DNA of 64,000 nt from Acholeplasmataceae bacterium (GTDB taxonomy: Bacteria > Bacillota_I > Bacilli_A > ML615J-28 > CAG-313): NCBI GenBank assembly GCA_012838545.1, contig DUPC01000034.1, forward strand, positions 1,225-65,224, in the 5' to 3' direction. Every line of letters starts with the position of its first letter. Positions within the stretch are counted from its first letter, which is position 1. Positions 9,469 to 19,930 of this stretch are shown here, in pieces. Below the pieces are notes generated by a model that was not told the DNA's origin, ran no database searches, and was given only the letters and a program-made list of their open reading frames with translations. The translations under genes were made by a program, and so were the position numbers.

Positions 9469-11403
9469 ATGCGTAAGTTATTAAAAGTCATGCTTTATGT
9501 TTTAATTGGGTTTGTTGGTATCTTTGCAGCAGCTATTATCAGTTTTTCGATTATCAATCACAATTTACAATACGAAATGCCGGTTATCTCCAATATCGAA
9601 CTGTACGATAACAGCGGCTCCAAATACCTATCCGTCTGCAACAACAAAAAACAATCCTATGTAACCCTTGATAATATTTCCACACCGATATTAAAAGCTT
9701 TCGTGACGGTTGAAGACAAACGTTTTTTTGAACACCAAGGGGTGGATTTCATTAGGATTGCGGGGGCGATGATTGCTAATATCAGAGATCGGGAGTTTTC
9801 GCAAGGTGCATCCACCATTACGCAACAATATATCAAGAATGTTTTTTTAAGCCATGAAAAAACCGTAAAACGAAAACTCTATGAAGCGATGATTGCCATT
9901 AATTTTGAAAACAAGTATTCCAAGGAAGAAATCTTGGAAGGTTATCTAAATACCATCTATTTCGATCACGGCATTTACGGAATTGAAGATGCAAGTCTAT
10001 TCTATTTCAACAAACATGCAAATGAAATAAATCTAATCGAAGCTTGCACGCTTGCTAGTATTCCCAAAAGCCCCGGGCATTACTCGCCGCTTAAAAACCC
10101 CGTTCAAAACAAAGTGCGTAGAAATCTTATCTTAGACGAACTATTGGAAGAACAGGTGATATCAAGCGAGGAACATTCTTCTTTTTATAATCAAGATATT
10201 ACCGTCGTCGGCATCAACCAAAACAATGAAAGCAACAATTCGCCTTATTTTCAGGATTTGGTTTTAAGAGAATTAAAACAAATGCCGTGGCTAAACGATT
10301 ATGCTTATAAAGGCTTAAAAGTATATACTACCCTGGACCGACGCCTTAACACGATTATCCATCAGAGTCTCAAAAACCGCTTGCCCGATTCCGATATCGA
10401 GGTAGCGATTTATGTGATGAATCCCAAAAACGGGCATGTTTTAAATGTTATTGGTGGAAAGGATTATTTAAAAGGCAGTTACAACCGCGCCACCGACAGC
10501 GTCAGGCAGCCCGGTTCAGCCATCAAACCGTTTTTATATTTATCCGCTTTAGAAAACGGATTTACCCAAAGCACAACCTTTTTAAGCGAACCAACTACTT
10601 TCTATTTAAAAAACAGTTCCTATTCCCCGAAAAACTTTCAAAGCATTTATCCCCATTCCCATATTTCCATGGTTTACGCCATCGCTACCAGCGATAATAT
10701 TTACGCAATGAAAACCCACCTATTTTTAGGAGAAGAAAAACTGGCTAATACTTTAAAACGATTGGGTTTTAGCGGCGACATTCCGGCTATTCCTTCTTTG
10801 GCTCTCGGAACGCATGAAGTAAGTCTTCAGGAACTCACCCAGGGCTACGCAACTTTAGCGAACTTAGGAGTACAAGTAAAACCAACCTTTATCACTAAAG
10901 TCACCACCTTTGATGATTTAATTCTATATGAAAAAGACACAGTGGAAGAGAAAAAAGTCGCTCATCCTTCCAATGTCTTTTTATTAAATCAAGCAATGAC
11001 TTCTACTTTCGACAACCGAATGACTTATAATATCCGCCCTACCGGAGGGAGAATAGCTTCCTTATTGGATCATAAAGTATCGGGAAAATCAGGAACAACC
11101 GATACCGACAACTGGATGATGGGTTTTAACCCCGATGTGGTGGTAGGGGTTTGGACTGGCTACGATGACAATCGCCCGATTGAATACTATTCGGATTTAA
11201 ACTTTGGAAAATACTTATGGGCAGACATTATCGAAGGTTACCTCGATATCATCGAAACCCAATGGTATGAAACGCCTGAGGATGTCATAGCGGTATATTT
11301 AAATCCGATGACCGGTTTTTATCCTGCAGAATTTGATTACAATAAACCGCTTTATTTTAGAAAATCCAATATTCCTTGGTATATTCGTTTATTGTACCAA
11401 TAA
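9469..11403 (+). CDS. Class A penicillin-binding protein (bifunctional GT51 transglycosylase / transpeptidase)
   Basis: An N-terminal transmembrane anchor is present. The GT51 motifs are EDKRFFEHQGVD and STITQQYIKN. The transpeptidase motifs are SxxK (SAIKPF) and K[ST]G (KSGTT). The ATG at 9469 has the RBS AAGGGTG 8 nt upstream. The ORF-track start at 9433 is a GTG with no RBS. Confidence 0.8.
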   Translation: MRKLLKVMLYVLIGFVGIFAAAIISFSIINHNLQYEMPVISNIELYDNSGSKYLSVCNNKKQSYVTLDNISTPILKAFVTVEDKRFFEHQGVDFIRIAGAMIANIRDREFSQGASTITQQYIKNVFLSHEKTVKRKLYEAMIAINFENKYSKEEILEGYLNTIYFDHGIYGIEDASLFYFNKHANEINLIEACTLASIPKSPGHYSPLKNPVQNKVRRNLILDELLEEQVISSEEHSSFYNQDITVVGINQNNESNNSPYFQDLVLRELKQMPWLNDYAYKGLKVYTTLDRRLNTIIHQSLKNRLPDSDIEVAIYVMNPKNGHVLNVIGGKDYLKGSYNRATDSVRQPGSAIKPFLYLSALENGFTQSTTFLSEPTTFYLKNSSYSPKNFQSIYPHSHISMVYAIATSDNIYAMKTHLFLGEEKLANTLKRLGFSGDIPAIPSLALGTHEVSLQELTQGYATLANLGVQVKPTFITKVTTFDDLILYEKDTVEEKKVAHPSNVFLLNQAMTSTFDNRMTYNIRPTGGRIASLLDHKVSGKSGTTDTDNWMMGFNPDVVVGVWTGYDDNRPIEYYSDLNFGKYLWADIIEGYLDIIETQWYETPEDVIAVYLNPMTGFYPAEFDYNKPLYFRKSNIPWYIRLLYQ

Positions 11404-11452
11404 AAAACAAGGCTTGACTTTGGTTTTCCCATTGTCAAGCCTTTTAAATGCT

Positions 11453-12298
11453 TTATGATTTATATTTAGCGATAATTTGTTTAACCGTTTCGCTGGGGAT
11501 GCTGAAGCCCATGTTTTCGATATCGTTTTCTTGTCCGATAATCTTCATCGTATTGATGCCGATTAGATTTCCATAGATGTCAAACAAACCGCCGCCGCTG
11601 TTTCCGGAATTGATAGCCACGTCATGTTGAATATAGACGTTTTCTTTGGTTGAAGAGCTTTCGAAAATGTCATCGGTTAAATAACGCAAAGGGTGACTGA
11701 CAATGCCGAAGGTGGCTGAGGAATAAAAACCTAAGTCATAGGGGTTTCCCAAAGCAATCGCAAAGGAACCCTTTTTTAAGGTCGTACTGTCGCCGATTGA
11801 TGCCACCGGCAAATACACGGTTGTTTTGAAGTTTACCAACGCCAAGTCGACATTCCGGTCATAATAGACGCAACTGCCATCAAGGCTTAAATCGACATTA
11901 CCCAAATAGGCTTTTAGGTTGCGAGCTAAACGATTCTTATACATCACCACATGGCGATTGGTTATAACCAAATAATCGTAATAATCGATATTCTCATCGG
12001 TTTCGGAGCCGTTTTTATCCTTTAGCACGGTACTGCGTTCAATGATAACTCCGCTGCCCAGGGAGGTTGTCTGAGGAAAAACCCCTTCGGTATAAGTAAT
12101 CGCAATAACCGTGTTTTCCACTTTGGCGATGGTTTCTTGGACAAGGGTTTGCAGATCTTCGACGGTAATAGCGCCAACATCGATTTTTTTGGTAATTACA
12201 GTATTTTCGGTGGTTGTATCGCGAAAGAAAAACGAACATCCTGAAAGCAAAACTAAGGTTAAAGAAATTATTGTTAGGTAAAGAAAGCGTCTTTTCAT
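11453..12298 (-). CDS. Trypsin-like (S1/HtrA-type) serine protease lipoprotein without a PDZ domain
   Basis: Signal peptide plus LSGC lipobox. The catalytic triad context is TNRHVV (His), DLALV (Asp) and GNSGGGLF (Ser). Confidence 0.7.
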   Translation of the reverse strand: MKRRFLYLTIISLTLVLLSGCSFFFRDTTTENTVITKKIDVGAITVEDLQTLVQETIAKVENTVIAITYTEGVFPQTTSLGSGVIIERSTVLKDKNGSETDENIDYYDYLVITNRHVVMYKNRLARNLKAYLGNVDLSLDGSCVYYDRNVDLALVNFKTTVYLPVASIGDSTTLKKGSFAIALGNPYDLGFYSSATFGIVSHPLRYLTDDIFESSSTKENVYIQHDVAINSGNSGGGLFDIYGNLIGINTMKIIGQENDIENMGFSIPSETVKQIIAKYKS

Positions 12299-12309
12299 TT
12301 CATTCCTCC

Positions 12310-13074
12310 TTAAAACTTAAATAACTTTCGCGCATTGTCCATAATTATTGTAGCCATCGTGGTTGGATCCATTCCCCTAAGTTCAGCCATCTTCGCCACG
12401 ATTAAAGGAATAAATTCTGGACGGTTTTCTTTCCCCCTAAAGGGGTGCGGAGCAAGATAAGGGGCATCGGTTTCCGATAATAAATAATTTAAATCGATAT
12501 TTGCCACAACTTCCTTGGGTGCTTTGGCATTTAAAAAAGTTACCGGTCCCCCAATGCCAATCATAAAGTTTTCTTTTATAAATAGGGGCACCATTTCTTT
12601 GCTTCCGGAATAAGCATGCATGACCCCGCCTACTTCACGGGCCTTTTGGTTGTTTAAAACATCAAGTGTAAGTTGCATGGCATCGCGACAATGGATAATT
12701 AATGGTTTGTTAATTTTCTTGGCTATCGCAATTTGCCGGATAAAAGCTTCATACTGTTCTTCTTTAGTTGTGGTTTGCCAATGGAAATCAAAACCGCACT
12801 CCCCGATGGCTACCACCTTTTCGTGTTTGGCCCTTTCTTCCAGCCAAAGGTAATCCTCTTCTTTAATGTCTTTTATTTCGGTGGGATGAAATCCTAAGGA
12901 TGCATAGACTTGGGGATATTCGATAGCGATTTTTAAGGCATCCGCTGAGGTTTTTAAATTGTAGCCTACGCAAACGAAACGGCTTACTCCAACCTTTTTA
13001 GCTTCTTCGATAACTTCTTTTAAGCGGTCATTAAATCTTGCGTCGTTTAAATGAACATGTGTGTCAATATACAT
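12310..13074 (-). CDS. tatD: TatD-family metal-dependent DNase/hydrolase
   Basis: MYIDTHVHL is the His-x-His metal site. A GAGG-type RBS lies 8 nt upstream of the ATG at 13074. The longer ORF-track start would overlap the upstream gene. Confidence 0.8.
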   Translation of the reverse strand: MYIDTHVHLNDARFNDRLKEVIEEAKKVGVSRFVCVGYNLKTSADALKIAIEYPQVYASLGFHPTEIKDIKEEDYLWLEERAKHEKVVAIGECGFDFHWQTTTKEEQYEAFIRQIAIAKKINKPLIIHCRDAMQLTLDVLNNQKAREVGGVMHAYSGSKEMVPLFIKENFMIGIGGPVTFLNAKAPKEVVANIDLNYLLSETDAPYLAPHPFRGKENRPEFIPLIVAKMAELRGMDPTTMATIIMDNARKLFKF

Positions 13075-13075
13075 T

Positions 13076-13843
13076 TTATTTACCTCGATATGGTTTTGGA
13101 CCAATGTGCACTTCTTCTCCCTGCTTTACAATACCGCACCATTCACTGATAACGGTTAAAATAAAGAGGGCAATCGCAATCAAAAGAAAGATGATTCCGA
13201 CATTGGTAGCATTAATTTCCACTACAACCACCGAAAGCACAAACCAAAGGGAGGCGCTCATTAATAGCGAACCCAACCTTGTGTGGTATATTTCCGCTAT
13301 AAATAAACCGGTGGCCAAAAACCCCATGGCGATAATCAGAGCGATGCTGGAGATGATAAAACCCACGCTTAGTTGTTGGATAACGACAATAGAACAAGAA
13401 ATTAAGGATGCTATCGTCAAAATAATCGTAAGAATGTTTTTGGGCGCACGCGTTCCTAAAACACGATTATCAAACTTTGTGCCGTTGATATCCGGGCGAT
13501 AGATATGCAATATGCCGGCCAGCCAAACAAAAGCGCAAAGCATTAAAAGCAATCCGTTTAGCCACAAAACTTGATAAAAATAAAACAACGAAGCGTAGGT
13601 GTTGAAGATTAACAAGGCAAAGTAATATAACAAGGTGCTGCCAAGCACAATTATACCTCCAAAACGGTCATGATGATAATAACCGATTAAGGATCCGCCT
13701 AGCGATAGGGAACCGGCGAAAATTAACGCAATTCCGCCGAAAAGCAGATAATTTTCAATTATCATGGAAGTTACCCCGATTACCATGGCAATAGCTGAAG
13801 CTATCACACCGATAAGCATTGTGGAATTAGATCTTCTTCTCAT
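13076..13843 (-). CDS. Polytopic integral membrane protein of unknown function
   Basis: It has 7 or more hydrophobic helices. Its stop lies 1 nt from the tatD start, suggesting coupling. Confidence 0.5.
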   Translation of the reverse strand: MRRRSNSTMLIGVIASAIAMVIGVTSMIIENYLLFGGIALIFAGSLSLGGSLIGYYHHDRFGGIIVLGSTLLYYFALLIFNTYASLFYFYQVLWLNGLLLMLCAFVWLAGILHIYRPDINGTKFDNRVLGTRAPKNILTIILTIASLISCSIVVIQQLSVGFIISSIALIIAMGFLATGLFIAEIYHTRLGSLLMSASLWFVLSVVVVEINATNVGIIFLLIAIALFILTVISEWCGIVKQGEEVHIGPKPYRGK

Positions 13844-13966
13844 ATTTTCTCCTCGTTAATTAACTCTATTATTTCCTAATCAGTAACATTATACCATTTT
13901 TGCTTAAAAATGGAGGAAAAATAGAAATAAAAGGTCAGACACTGCGGTCTAACCTCAAATATAATC

Positions 13967-15190
13967 TTATTTTTGGTAATATGGGATTTTTTCTTCAATT
14001 ACTCCGGTATGATATTCATTGATTAGGCGAATCAACAAATGATTCAAATATTCAACTACGGTTTCGCCCACGGTTGCCTCGAGATGGTCTTCACCAATTC
14101 CTGAATGATTTGTTAAAAAGACATAAGTGCCGCCAGTCATCATTGCTTCATTGCGGAGTAAGTATTCGGTATATTTATCAATTCCGCTGGAAGCCACGGG
14201 AATGATGCGAATTCCTTTTTCGCTAGCCGAATAAATCGCATTATAATAACGGAGCATTATATTTTGTTCATAGTGTGGTCGCGCATCAAGAACGTGGAAT
14301 AATAATTTGGTAGTATTATCGGTGCTCCATCCTTTGGTAACAGCTTCATCTAAGGCTACATCCACGGCTTCTTCAAAATCTCCGCCGCCTGCAGCGCTTT
14401 GAGCTGACAAATTAGCTTTTTGTTGATTAATATCTGTTGTGAAATCAAAATAACGGGTTACATATTCATCCCCAAAATCACGATAGAATAGCAATGCTAA
14501 TCTGATTGTGGAATTCGGATTGTCATTTTGGACTTCACTAATAACATAATCGATTTCCGATTTCAAATAACTAATTTCATCTCCCATTGAACCGGTGGTA
14601 TCTATAACAAACATCAATTCCAAAACTTCTTGATGATTATCTTCTGCTTCCAGGTCAATTTCAATTTGATCATTATCTGTTGAATACTCATACGGTACAT
14701 TTATTGTTTGGCCATTATATGTGACCTTAATGTTTGTAATCAAATCCAATTCCAATGTTTTAGGGAAAAGGTAAGTATAACCAAAAAGATTGGTAACTCC
14801 TGTATACACGGTCTTTTCCGATACATTTTGAAGAGCGACTTGGGCTCCGCTTAAGACTTGGTCGCCATTTTTAACCAATACAGTCACCATATTAAGTGTA
14901 TCAAAATATCCCTTTTGATAGTATGGCGTGAAAATACCCTGTTCCGATTCTTGAGAACTTTCAAAAAGCGATAAGTAAAAGTCGTAATTGTAAATATCGC
15001 TCCATTCGCTTGCAGTTAATTGTCCGGCTTGTGGTGCCTGATATTCTCCTTGGTTTCCTTCATCGGCCCATTCACTTCCATATTTTGATCCAGATAAATC
15101 GGAATCCTTTCGCAAACCATCCTTGGTTGAGCAACCCGCCAAACCAATCAAAAACAAGGATAAAAGGGATAATAACACAAATTTTTTCAT
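13967..15190 (-). CDS. von Willebrand factor A (vWA) domain lipoprotein
   Basis: Signal peptide plus LAGC lipobox. MIDAS motif DTTGSM (DxTxS) begins the vWA fold (VIDTTGSMGDEISYLK ... TKLLFHVLDARPH). Confidence 0.7.
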   Translation of the reverse strand: MKKFVLLSLLSLFLIGLAGCSTKDGLRKDSDLSGSKYGSEWADEGNQGEYQAPQAGQLTASEWSDIYNYDFYLSLFESSQESEQGIFTPYYQKGYFDTLNMVTVLVKNGDQVLSGAQVALQNVSEKTVYTGVTNLFGYTYLFPKTLELDLITNIKVTYNGQTINVPYEYSTDNDQIEIDLEAEDNHQEVLELMFVIDTTGSMGDEISYLKSEIDYVISEVQNDNPNSTIRLALLFYRDFGDEYVTRYFDFTTDINQQKANLSAQSAAGGGDFEEAVDVALDEAVTKGWSTDNTTKLLFHVLDARPHYEQNIMLRYYNAIYSASEKGIRIIPVASSGIDKYTEYLLRNEAMMTGGTYVFLTNHSGIGEDHLEATVGETVVEYLNHLLIRLINEYHTGVIEEKIPYYQK

Positions 15191-15317
15191 CGTTTTCTCC
15201 TATCTTTTATTATTCTTTCCTACTATGATTATATTAAACAATGGGCCAAAAGTCAACTGCTATTTTTCTTTCTCTCGCTTTTACCATAAATTCTACCAAA
15301 AACACTTTGCGACAAAA

Positions 15318-15360
15318 TAAAAAAGGATGCTTTAGGTTAACTCTAATTTGCATCCTTTTA
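15318..15360 (-). terminator. Rho-independent terminator downstream of tuf
   Basis: The stem aaaaggatgc / gcatcctttt is followed by a T-run when read on the minus strand. Confidence 0.55.
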
Positions 15361-15380
15361 CATTCCGTTTATAATTATTA

Positions 15381-16559
15381 TTAAATTTGTGTTACGGAAC
15401 CGGAACCAACTGTACGTCCGCCTTCACGAATAGAGAACTTAGTTCCTTTTTCAACGGCGATTGGGTGGATTAATGATACGTGCATTTGGGTGTTGTCGCC
15501 AGGCATAACCATTTCGATTCCTTCAGGAAGAGTGATGATACCAGTAACATCGGTTGTACGGAAATAGAATTGAGGACGATAGTTTGAGAAGAATGGAGTG
15601 TGACGTCCGCCTTCTTCTTTTGTTAATACGTAAACTTCGGCGTCAAATTCTGCATGAGGTGTAACTGATTTTGGTTTTGCAAGAACTTGACCGCGAACAA
15701 CTTCGTCACGGGAAATACCGCGAAGAAGTGCGCCGATGTTGTCACCTGCTTGAGCTTGGTCAAGTATTTTACGGAACATTTCAACACCGGTAACAACTGT
15801 TGATTTAGTTTCTCTAATACCGATAATTTCAACAGTTTCGCCAACTTTAACAGTACCGCGTTCAACACGGCCAGTAGCAACTGTTCCACGACCAGTGATT
15901 GTGAAGACGTCTTCAACCGGCATTAAGAATGGTTTGTCAACTTCGCGAACTGGTTCAGGGATGTATTCGTCTACGGTATTCATTAATTCAATGATTGCTT
16001 GTTTAGCTTTTGGATCGCCTTCAAGTGCTTGAAGAGCAGAACCGCGGATAATTGGTGTGTCATCGCCTGGGAAGTCGTATTCATTTAATAGATCGCGAAC
16101 TTCCATTTCGACAAGTTCCAATAATTCTTCGTCGTCAACCATATCGCATTTGTTCAAGAAGACAACAAGTTTTGGAACACCTACTTGACGGCTTAAAAGA
16201 ATGTGTTCACGAGTTTGTGGCATTGGTCCGTCTGCTGCTGAAACAACAAGAATGGCACCGTCCATTTGTGCAGCACCAGTAATCATGTTCTTAACATAGT
16301 CGGCATGTCCTGGGCAGTCAACGTGTGCATAGTGACGTTTTTCTGTTTCATATTCAGCATGGAATGTATTAATGGTAATACCACGTGCTTTTTCTTCTGG
16401 AGCTCCATCGATTTGGGAGTAATCCAATCTTTTAGTTAAACCTCTTTCTGCCAATACAAGAGTGATAGCAGATGTTAAGGTAGTTTTACCATGGTCAACG
16501 TGACCGATGGTTCCAATATTAACATGGGGTTTAGTTCGTTCAAATTTAGCCTTAGCCAT
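15381..16559 (-). CDS. tuf: Elongation factor Tu
   Basis: [29 protein letters not shown], 392 aa, full-length EF-Tu signature. Confidence 0.97.
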   Translation of the reverse strand: MAKAKFERTKPHVNIGTIGHVDHGKTTLTSAITLVLAERGLTKRLDYSQIDGAPEEKARGITINTFHAEYETEKRHYAHVDCPGHADYVKNMITGAAQMDGAILVVSAADGPMPQTREHILLSRQVGVPKLVVFLNKCDMVDDEELLELVEMEVRDLLNEYDFPGDDTPIIRGSALQALEGDPKAKQAIIELMNTVDEYIPEPVREVDKPFLMPVEDVFTITGRGTVATGRVERGTVKVGETVEIIGIRETKSTVVTGVEMFRKILDQAQAGDNIGALLRGISRDEVVRGQVLAKPKSVTPHAEFDAEVYVLTKEEGGRHTPFFSNYRPQFYFRTTDVTGIITLPEGIEMVMPGDNTQMHVSLIHPIAVEKGTKFSIREGGRTVGSGSVTQI

Positions 16560-16665
16560 ATTTTCATTTTCCTTTCTTTACTTATTTTTTTATAATCGAA
16601 TATATTATAAGATATTTTGAGTATTTTTGCAAGAAGAACACTAAATAACTTTTTATCGTTTTGCT

Positions 16666-18738
16666 TTAGGCATTGCGTTTTTTAATGATTTCCTCTGCAA
16701 TATATTTTGGGCATTCTTCGTAATAATCGATTTGCATTGTGTAAGTGGCCCGACCTTGAGAGTTGGAGCGAAGAGCTGTCGAATAGCCGAACATTTCAGC
16801 AAGCGGCACCATCGCTTTGATGTTTTGAATGTATCCGTGACTGGATTGTCCTTCAATCCGTCCACGACGTCCAATCAAATCGCTGATGACATTTCCGAGA
16901 TAATCTTCGGGAACGGTTACTTCAACCGCCATAATCGGTTCAAGAAGCACCGGTTGACACTTTTCTTTCGAAGCTTTGAAAGCCATGCTTGCAGCAACCT
17001 CGAAAGCAATTTGACTGGAGTCAACTTCATGATACGATCCGAATACGAGTCTGGCTTTGATGTCAATAGTTGTATATCCGGCCAAATTACCGTTTGTTAA
17101 AGCATTCTCTAAACCTTTTTTAACCGCTGGGATGTATTCCTTCGGAACAACACCCCCAACAATTTCATCAACAAATTCAAAGCCTTTGCCCGGGTTCGGT
17201 TCAAATACAATCACAACATGGCCATATTGACCGCGGCCACCACTTTGGCGAACGAATTTTCCTTCCACTTCGCCACTTTTCTTAATCGTTTCGCGATAAG
17301 AAACTTGAGGGGCCCCGACATTGGCTTCAACTCTAAATTCGCGTTTTAAGCGATCGACAATAATTTCTAAGTGTAATTCACCCATTCCCGCAATAATCGT
17401 TTGACCGGTTTCTGGGTTAGTGTAAGTTTTAAATGTTGGGTCTTCTTCCGACAGTTTGTTCAAGGCCATTCCCATCCGGTCTTGGTCGGCTTTGGATTTT
17501 GGTTCAATCGCCACCGAAATAACCGGTTCAGGGAAACGCATTGATTCTAAAATTACCGGATGGTTGCTATCGCATAGCGTATCACCCGTTGTAGTGTCCT
17601 TTAGTCCGACAGCAGCTGCAATCTCACCCGACCAAGCTTCTTTAACTTCCGTCCGGTGATTGGCATGCATTAAGAGTAAACGGCCAATCCGTTCGCGTTT
17701 GTCTTTGGAAGCATTGTAAATGTATGAACCTGATTGCAGCTTTCCTGAATAAACTCTGAAGAAAGTCAATTTTCCGACAAATGGGTCAGTCATTACTTTA
17801 AAGGCCAAAGCCACAAATGGAGCATCGTCGGTTGACGGGACAGATATTTCATTGCCATGAAGATCGTGGCCTTTCATATCGATAACGTCATTTGGTGCCG
17901 GCAGATAATCGATAACCGCATCCAACACTTTCTTAACACCTTTGTTTTTAAAGGCTGTTCCGCACAAAACCGGAAAGAAACGGACAGTTAGAGTTGCTTT
18001 TCGGATGGCTTTTTTAAGCATTTCGACGGTGATTTCTTCGCCTTCCAAATAGGCGTTCATAATATCATCATCAAAATCGGCCAATGCACTAATCAACTCT
18101 TCCCGATAGTATTCCACTTCATCCTTCATGTTTTCCGGAATCGGGATTTCAACGTTGTTTTCTTCGGTTGAACCGTCTTGGTATTGGTAAGCTTTTTGGG
18201 TAACTAAATCGATTATACCGGTAAAATGGTTTTCGGCACCAATTGGTAATTGAATGGGGTGAGCATTTGCCCCCAAACGTGTGTGGAGCGATTCGCAACT
18301 GTATTTAAAATCTGCTCCCGTTTTATCCATTTTGTTAATGAAGACAAGTCTTGGAACCATATACTCGGTAGCTTGTCGCCACACAGTTTCGGTTTGTGGT
18401 TCAACCCCCGCTTGAGCATCCAATACGGTAACGGCACCATCAAGAACACGAAGCGAACGACTTACTTCAACCGTAAAGTCGACATGCCCTGGAGTATCGA
18501 TTAAATTAATCCGATAGCCACGCCAATAAGCCGTGGTAGCGGCTGAAGTAATTGTGATTCCTCTTTCTTGTTCTTGTTCCATCCAGTCCATTTGCGCAGC
18601 ACCATCGTGGGTTTCGCCGACTTTATAGATTTTGCCGGTATGGTATAAAACCCGTTCGGAAAAGGTGGTTTTCCCCGCATCAATATGGGCCATTATTCCG
18701 ATATTACGCGTATTTTCTATTGATACATCACGAGGCAT
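16666..18738 (-). CDS. fusA: Elongation factor G
   Basis: [15 protein letters not shown]-loop and full EF-G length. The start is taken at ATG 18738 (MPRDVS...) with an AGGTGA RBS. The ORF-track start at 18747 is a GTG. Confidence 0.95.
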   Translation of the reverse strand: MPRDVSIENTRNIGIMAHIDAGKTTFSERVLYHTGKIYKVGETHDGAAQMDWMEQEQERGITITSAATTAYWRGYRINLIDTPGHVDFTVEVSRSLRVLDGAVTVLDAQAGVEPQTETVWRQATEYMVPRLVFINKMDKTGADFKYSCESLHTRLGANAHPIQLPIGAENHFTGIIDLVTQKAYQYQDGSTEENNVEIPIPENMKDEVEYYREELISALADFDDDIMNAYLEGEEITVEMLKKAIRKATLTVRFFPVLCGTAFKNKGVKKVLDAVIDYLPAPNDVIDMKGHDLHGNEISVPSTDDAPFVALAFKVMTDPFVGKLTFFRVYSGKLQSGSYIYNASKDKRERIGRLLLMHANHRTEVKEAWSGEIAAAVGLKDTTTGDTLCDSNHPVILESMRFPEPVISVAIEPKSKADQDRMGMALNKLSEEDPTFKTYTNPETGQTIIAGMGELHLEIIVDRLKREFRVEANVGAPQVSYRETIKKSGEVEGKFVRQSGGRGQYGHVVIVFEPNPGKGFEFVDEIVGGVVPKEYIPAVKKGLENALTNGNLAGYTTIDIKARLVFGSYHEVDSSQIAFEVAASMAFKASKEKCQPVLLEPIMAVEVTVPEDYLGNVISDLIGRRGRIEGQSSHGYIQNIKAMVPLAEMFGYSTALRSNSQGRATYTMQIDYYEECPKYIAEEIIKKRNA

Positions 18739-18751
18739 TGTCTTCACCTAA

Positions 18752-19222
18752 TTACCATTGATAATGAGCGAAGGCCTTATTAGCTTCAGCCATCCGGTGC
18801 GTATCTTCGCGTTTTTTGACGGCGGCACCAACACCATTGGCTGCATCAATAATTTCTTTTGCTAATCTTTCTTCCATTGTTTTTTCGTGGCGTAAACGCG
18901 CATAATTGGTTAACCATCTTAGACCTAGGGTATAGCGTCTTTCTGGACGTACTTCTACTGGAACTTGGTAGTTCGCGCCTCCAACACGACGAGAGCGAAC
19001 TTCTAATTGAGGCATAATGTTTTGAAGTGCTTGTTCAAACACTTCGAGCGGGTCGCGTCCCGTAGTTTTAGCAACCCTTTCAAACGCGCCGTATAAAATT
19101 TGTTGTGCGACCCCCTTCTTACCATCGTGCATAATGTTGTTGATTAATCTGGTAACGAGCTTCGAATTGTAGATTGGGTCTGGTAGCACTTTTCGTCTTG
19201 GTACATGACCTTTACGAGGCAT
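18752..19222 (-). CDS. rpsG: 30S ribosomal protein S7
   Basis: [28 protein letters not shown], 156 aa. Confidence 0.95.
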   Translation of the reverse strand: MPRKGHVPRRKVLPDPIYNSKLVTRLINNIMHDGKKGVAQQILYGAFERVAKTTGRDPLEVFEQALQNIMPQLEVRSRRVGGANYQVPVEVRPERRYTLGLRWLTNYARLRHEKTMEERLAKEIIDAANGVGAAVKKREDTHRMAEANKAFAHYQW

Positions 19223-19255
19223 GTTGATTCCTCCTTTCTATCCATCAATAAATTA

Positions 19256-19681
19256 TTATTTGGTTGTTGTAGCTTTAGGGCGTTTCGCACCGTATTTGGA
19301 GCGAGCTTGTTTGCGTTTTTCAACACCGGTGGAATCGAGCGTACCGCGAATAATGTGATAACGCACACCTGGTAAGTCCTTAACACGACCACCCCTAATT
19401 AAAACCACGCTGTGTTCTTGCAAGCGATGTCCAATTCCCGGAATATAAGCAGTTACTTCAATGCCATTGGATAAGCGAACCCGAGCCATTTTACGAATTG
19501 CTGAATTAGGTTTCTTAGGTGTCATTGTGGTAACACGTGTACATACACCGCGCTTTTGAGGAGAGTTAAGCGTCGTATGTATCTTTTTTAGGGAATTCCA
19601 TCCGATTCCTAAATGAGGAGACTTGGATTTTCTGACCTTATCTTCACGTGATTTCCGAATTAGTTGATTAATTGTTGGCAT
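19256..19681 (-). CDS. rpsL: 30S ribosomal protein S12
   Basis: [10 protein letters not shown]...KRGVCTRV...PKKPNSA(L/I)RK. The real start is at 19681 and is preceded by GGAG. The 72-codon N-terminal extension in the ORF track is leader sequence, not protein. Confidence 0.95.
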   Translation of the reverse strand: MPTINQLIRKSREDKVRKSKSPHLGIGWNSLKKIHTTLNSPQKRGVCTRVTTMTPKKPNSAIRKMARVRLSNGIEVTAYIPGIGHRLQEHSVVLIRGGRVKDLPGVRYHIIRGTLDSTGVEKRKQARSKYGAKRPKATTTK

Positions 19682-19813
19682 TCTTATTTCTCCTTTCTGT
19701 ACTATCACTGTACTATTTGTTCCCGCTACATTCTCCACATGTCCGGGTGTTTCATTAATCAATAAAATATAGTTTTGACTCGCGCCAAAACCTATATTTA
19801 TTTTACCTTGTAA

Positions 19814-19842
19814 ATTATACATGTATTTTTCTTTTTTGTCTA
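19814..19842 (-). promoter_or_regulatory. Candidate sigma-A promoter of the str operon, implying an S12 leader of about 125 nt
   Basis: Read on the minus strand the sequence is TAGACA-17 nt-TATAAT. On the plus strand these are tgtcta at 19837-42 and attata at 19814-19. Confidence 0.4.
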
Positions 19843-19930
19843 TTGATTTGATAAGAAAGTTTTTTATTACATGCACTATTTTTACTGTTTTAAGCAATTT
19901 TATGCATCAAATTTTATAAACAAAACATTT

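Noticed and set aside
12039-13502. ORFs 12039..12239 (-), 12620..12853 (+), 13038..13502 (+) and 13212..13397 (-)
   Set aside because: They are embedded in or antisense to the S1 protease, tatD and membrane-protein genes. They have a Cys/Arg-rich non-protein-like composition.
15623-16282. ORFs 15623..15916 (-) and 16052..16282 (+) inside tuf
   Set aside because: They are alternative-frame or antisense ORFs within the unmistakable EF-Tu coding region.
19682-19897. 72-codon N-terminal extension of the rpsL ORF in the six-frame track
   Set aside because: S12 begins at the conserved [10 protein letters not shown], which is preceded by GGAG. The extension has no homology and lies in the S12 leader and promoter region.
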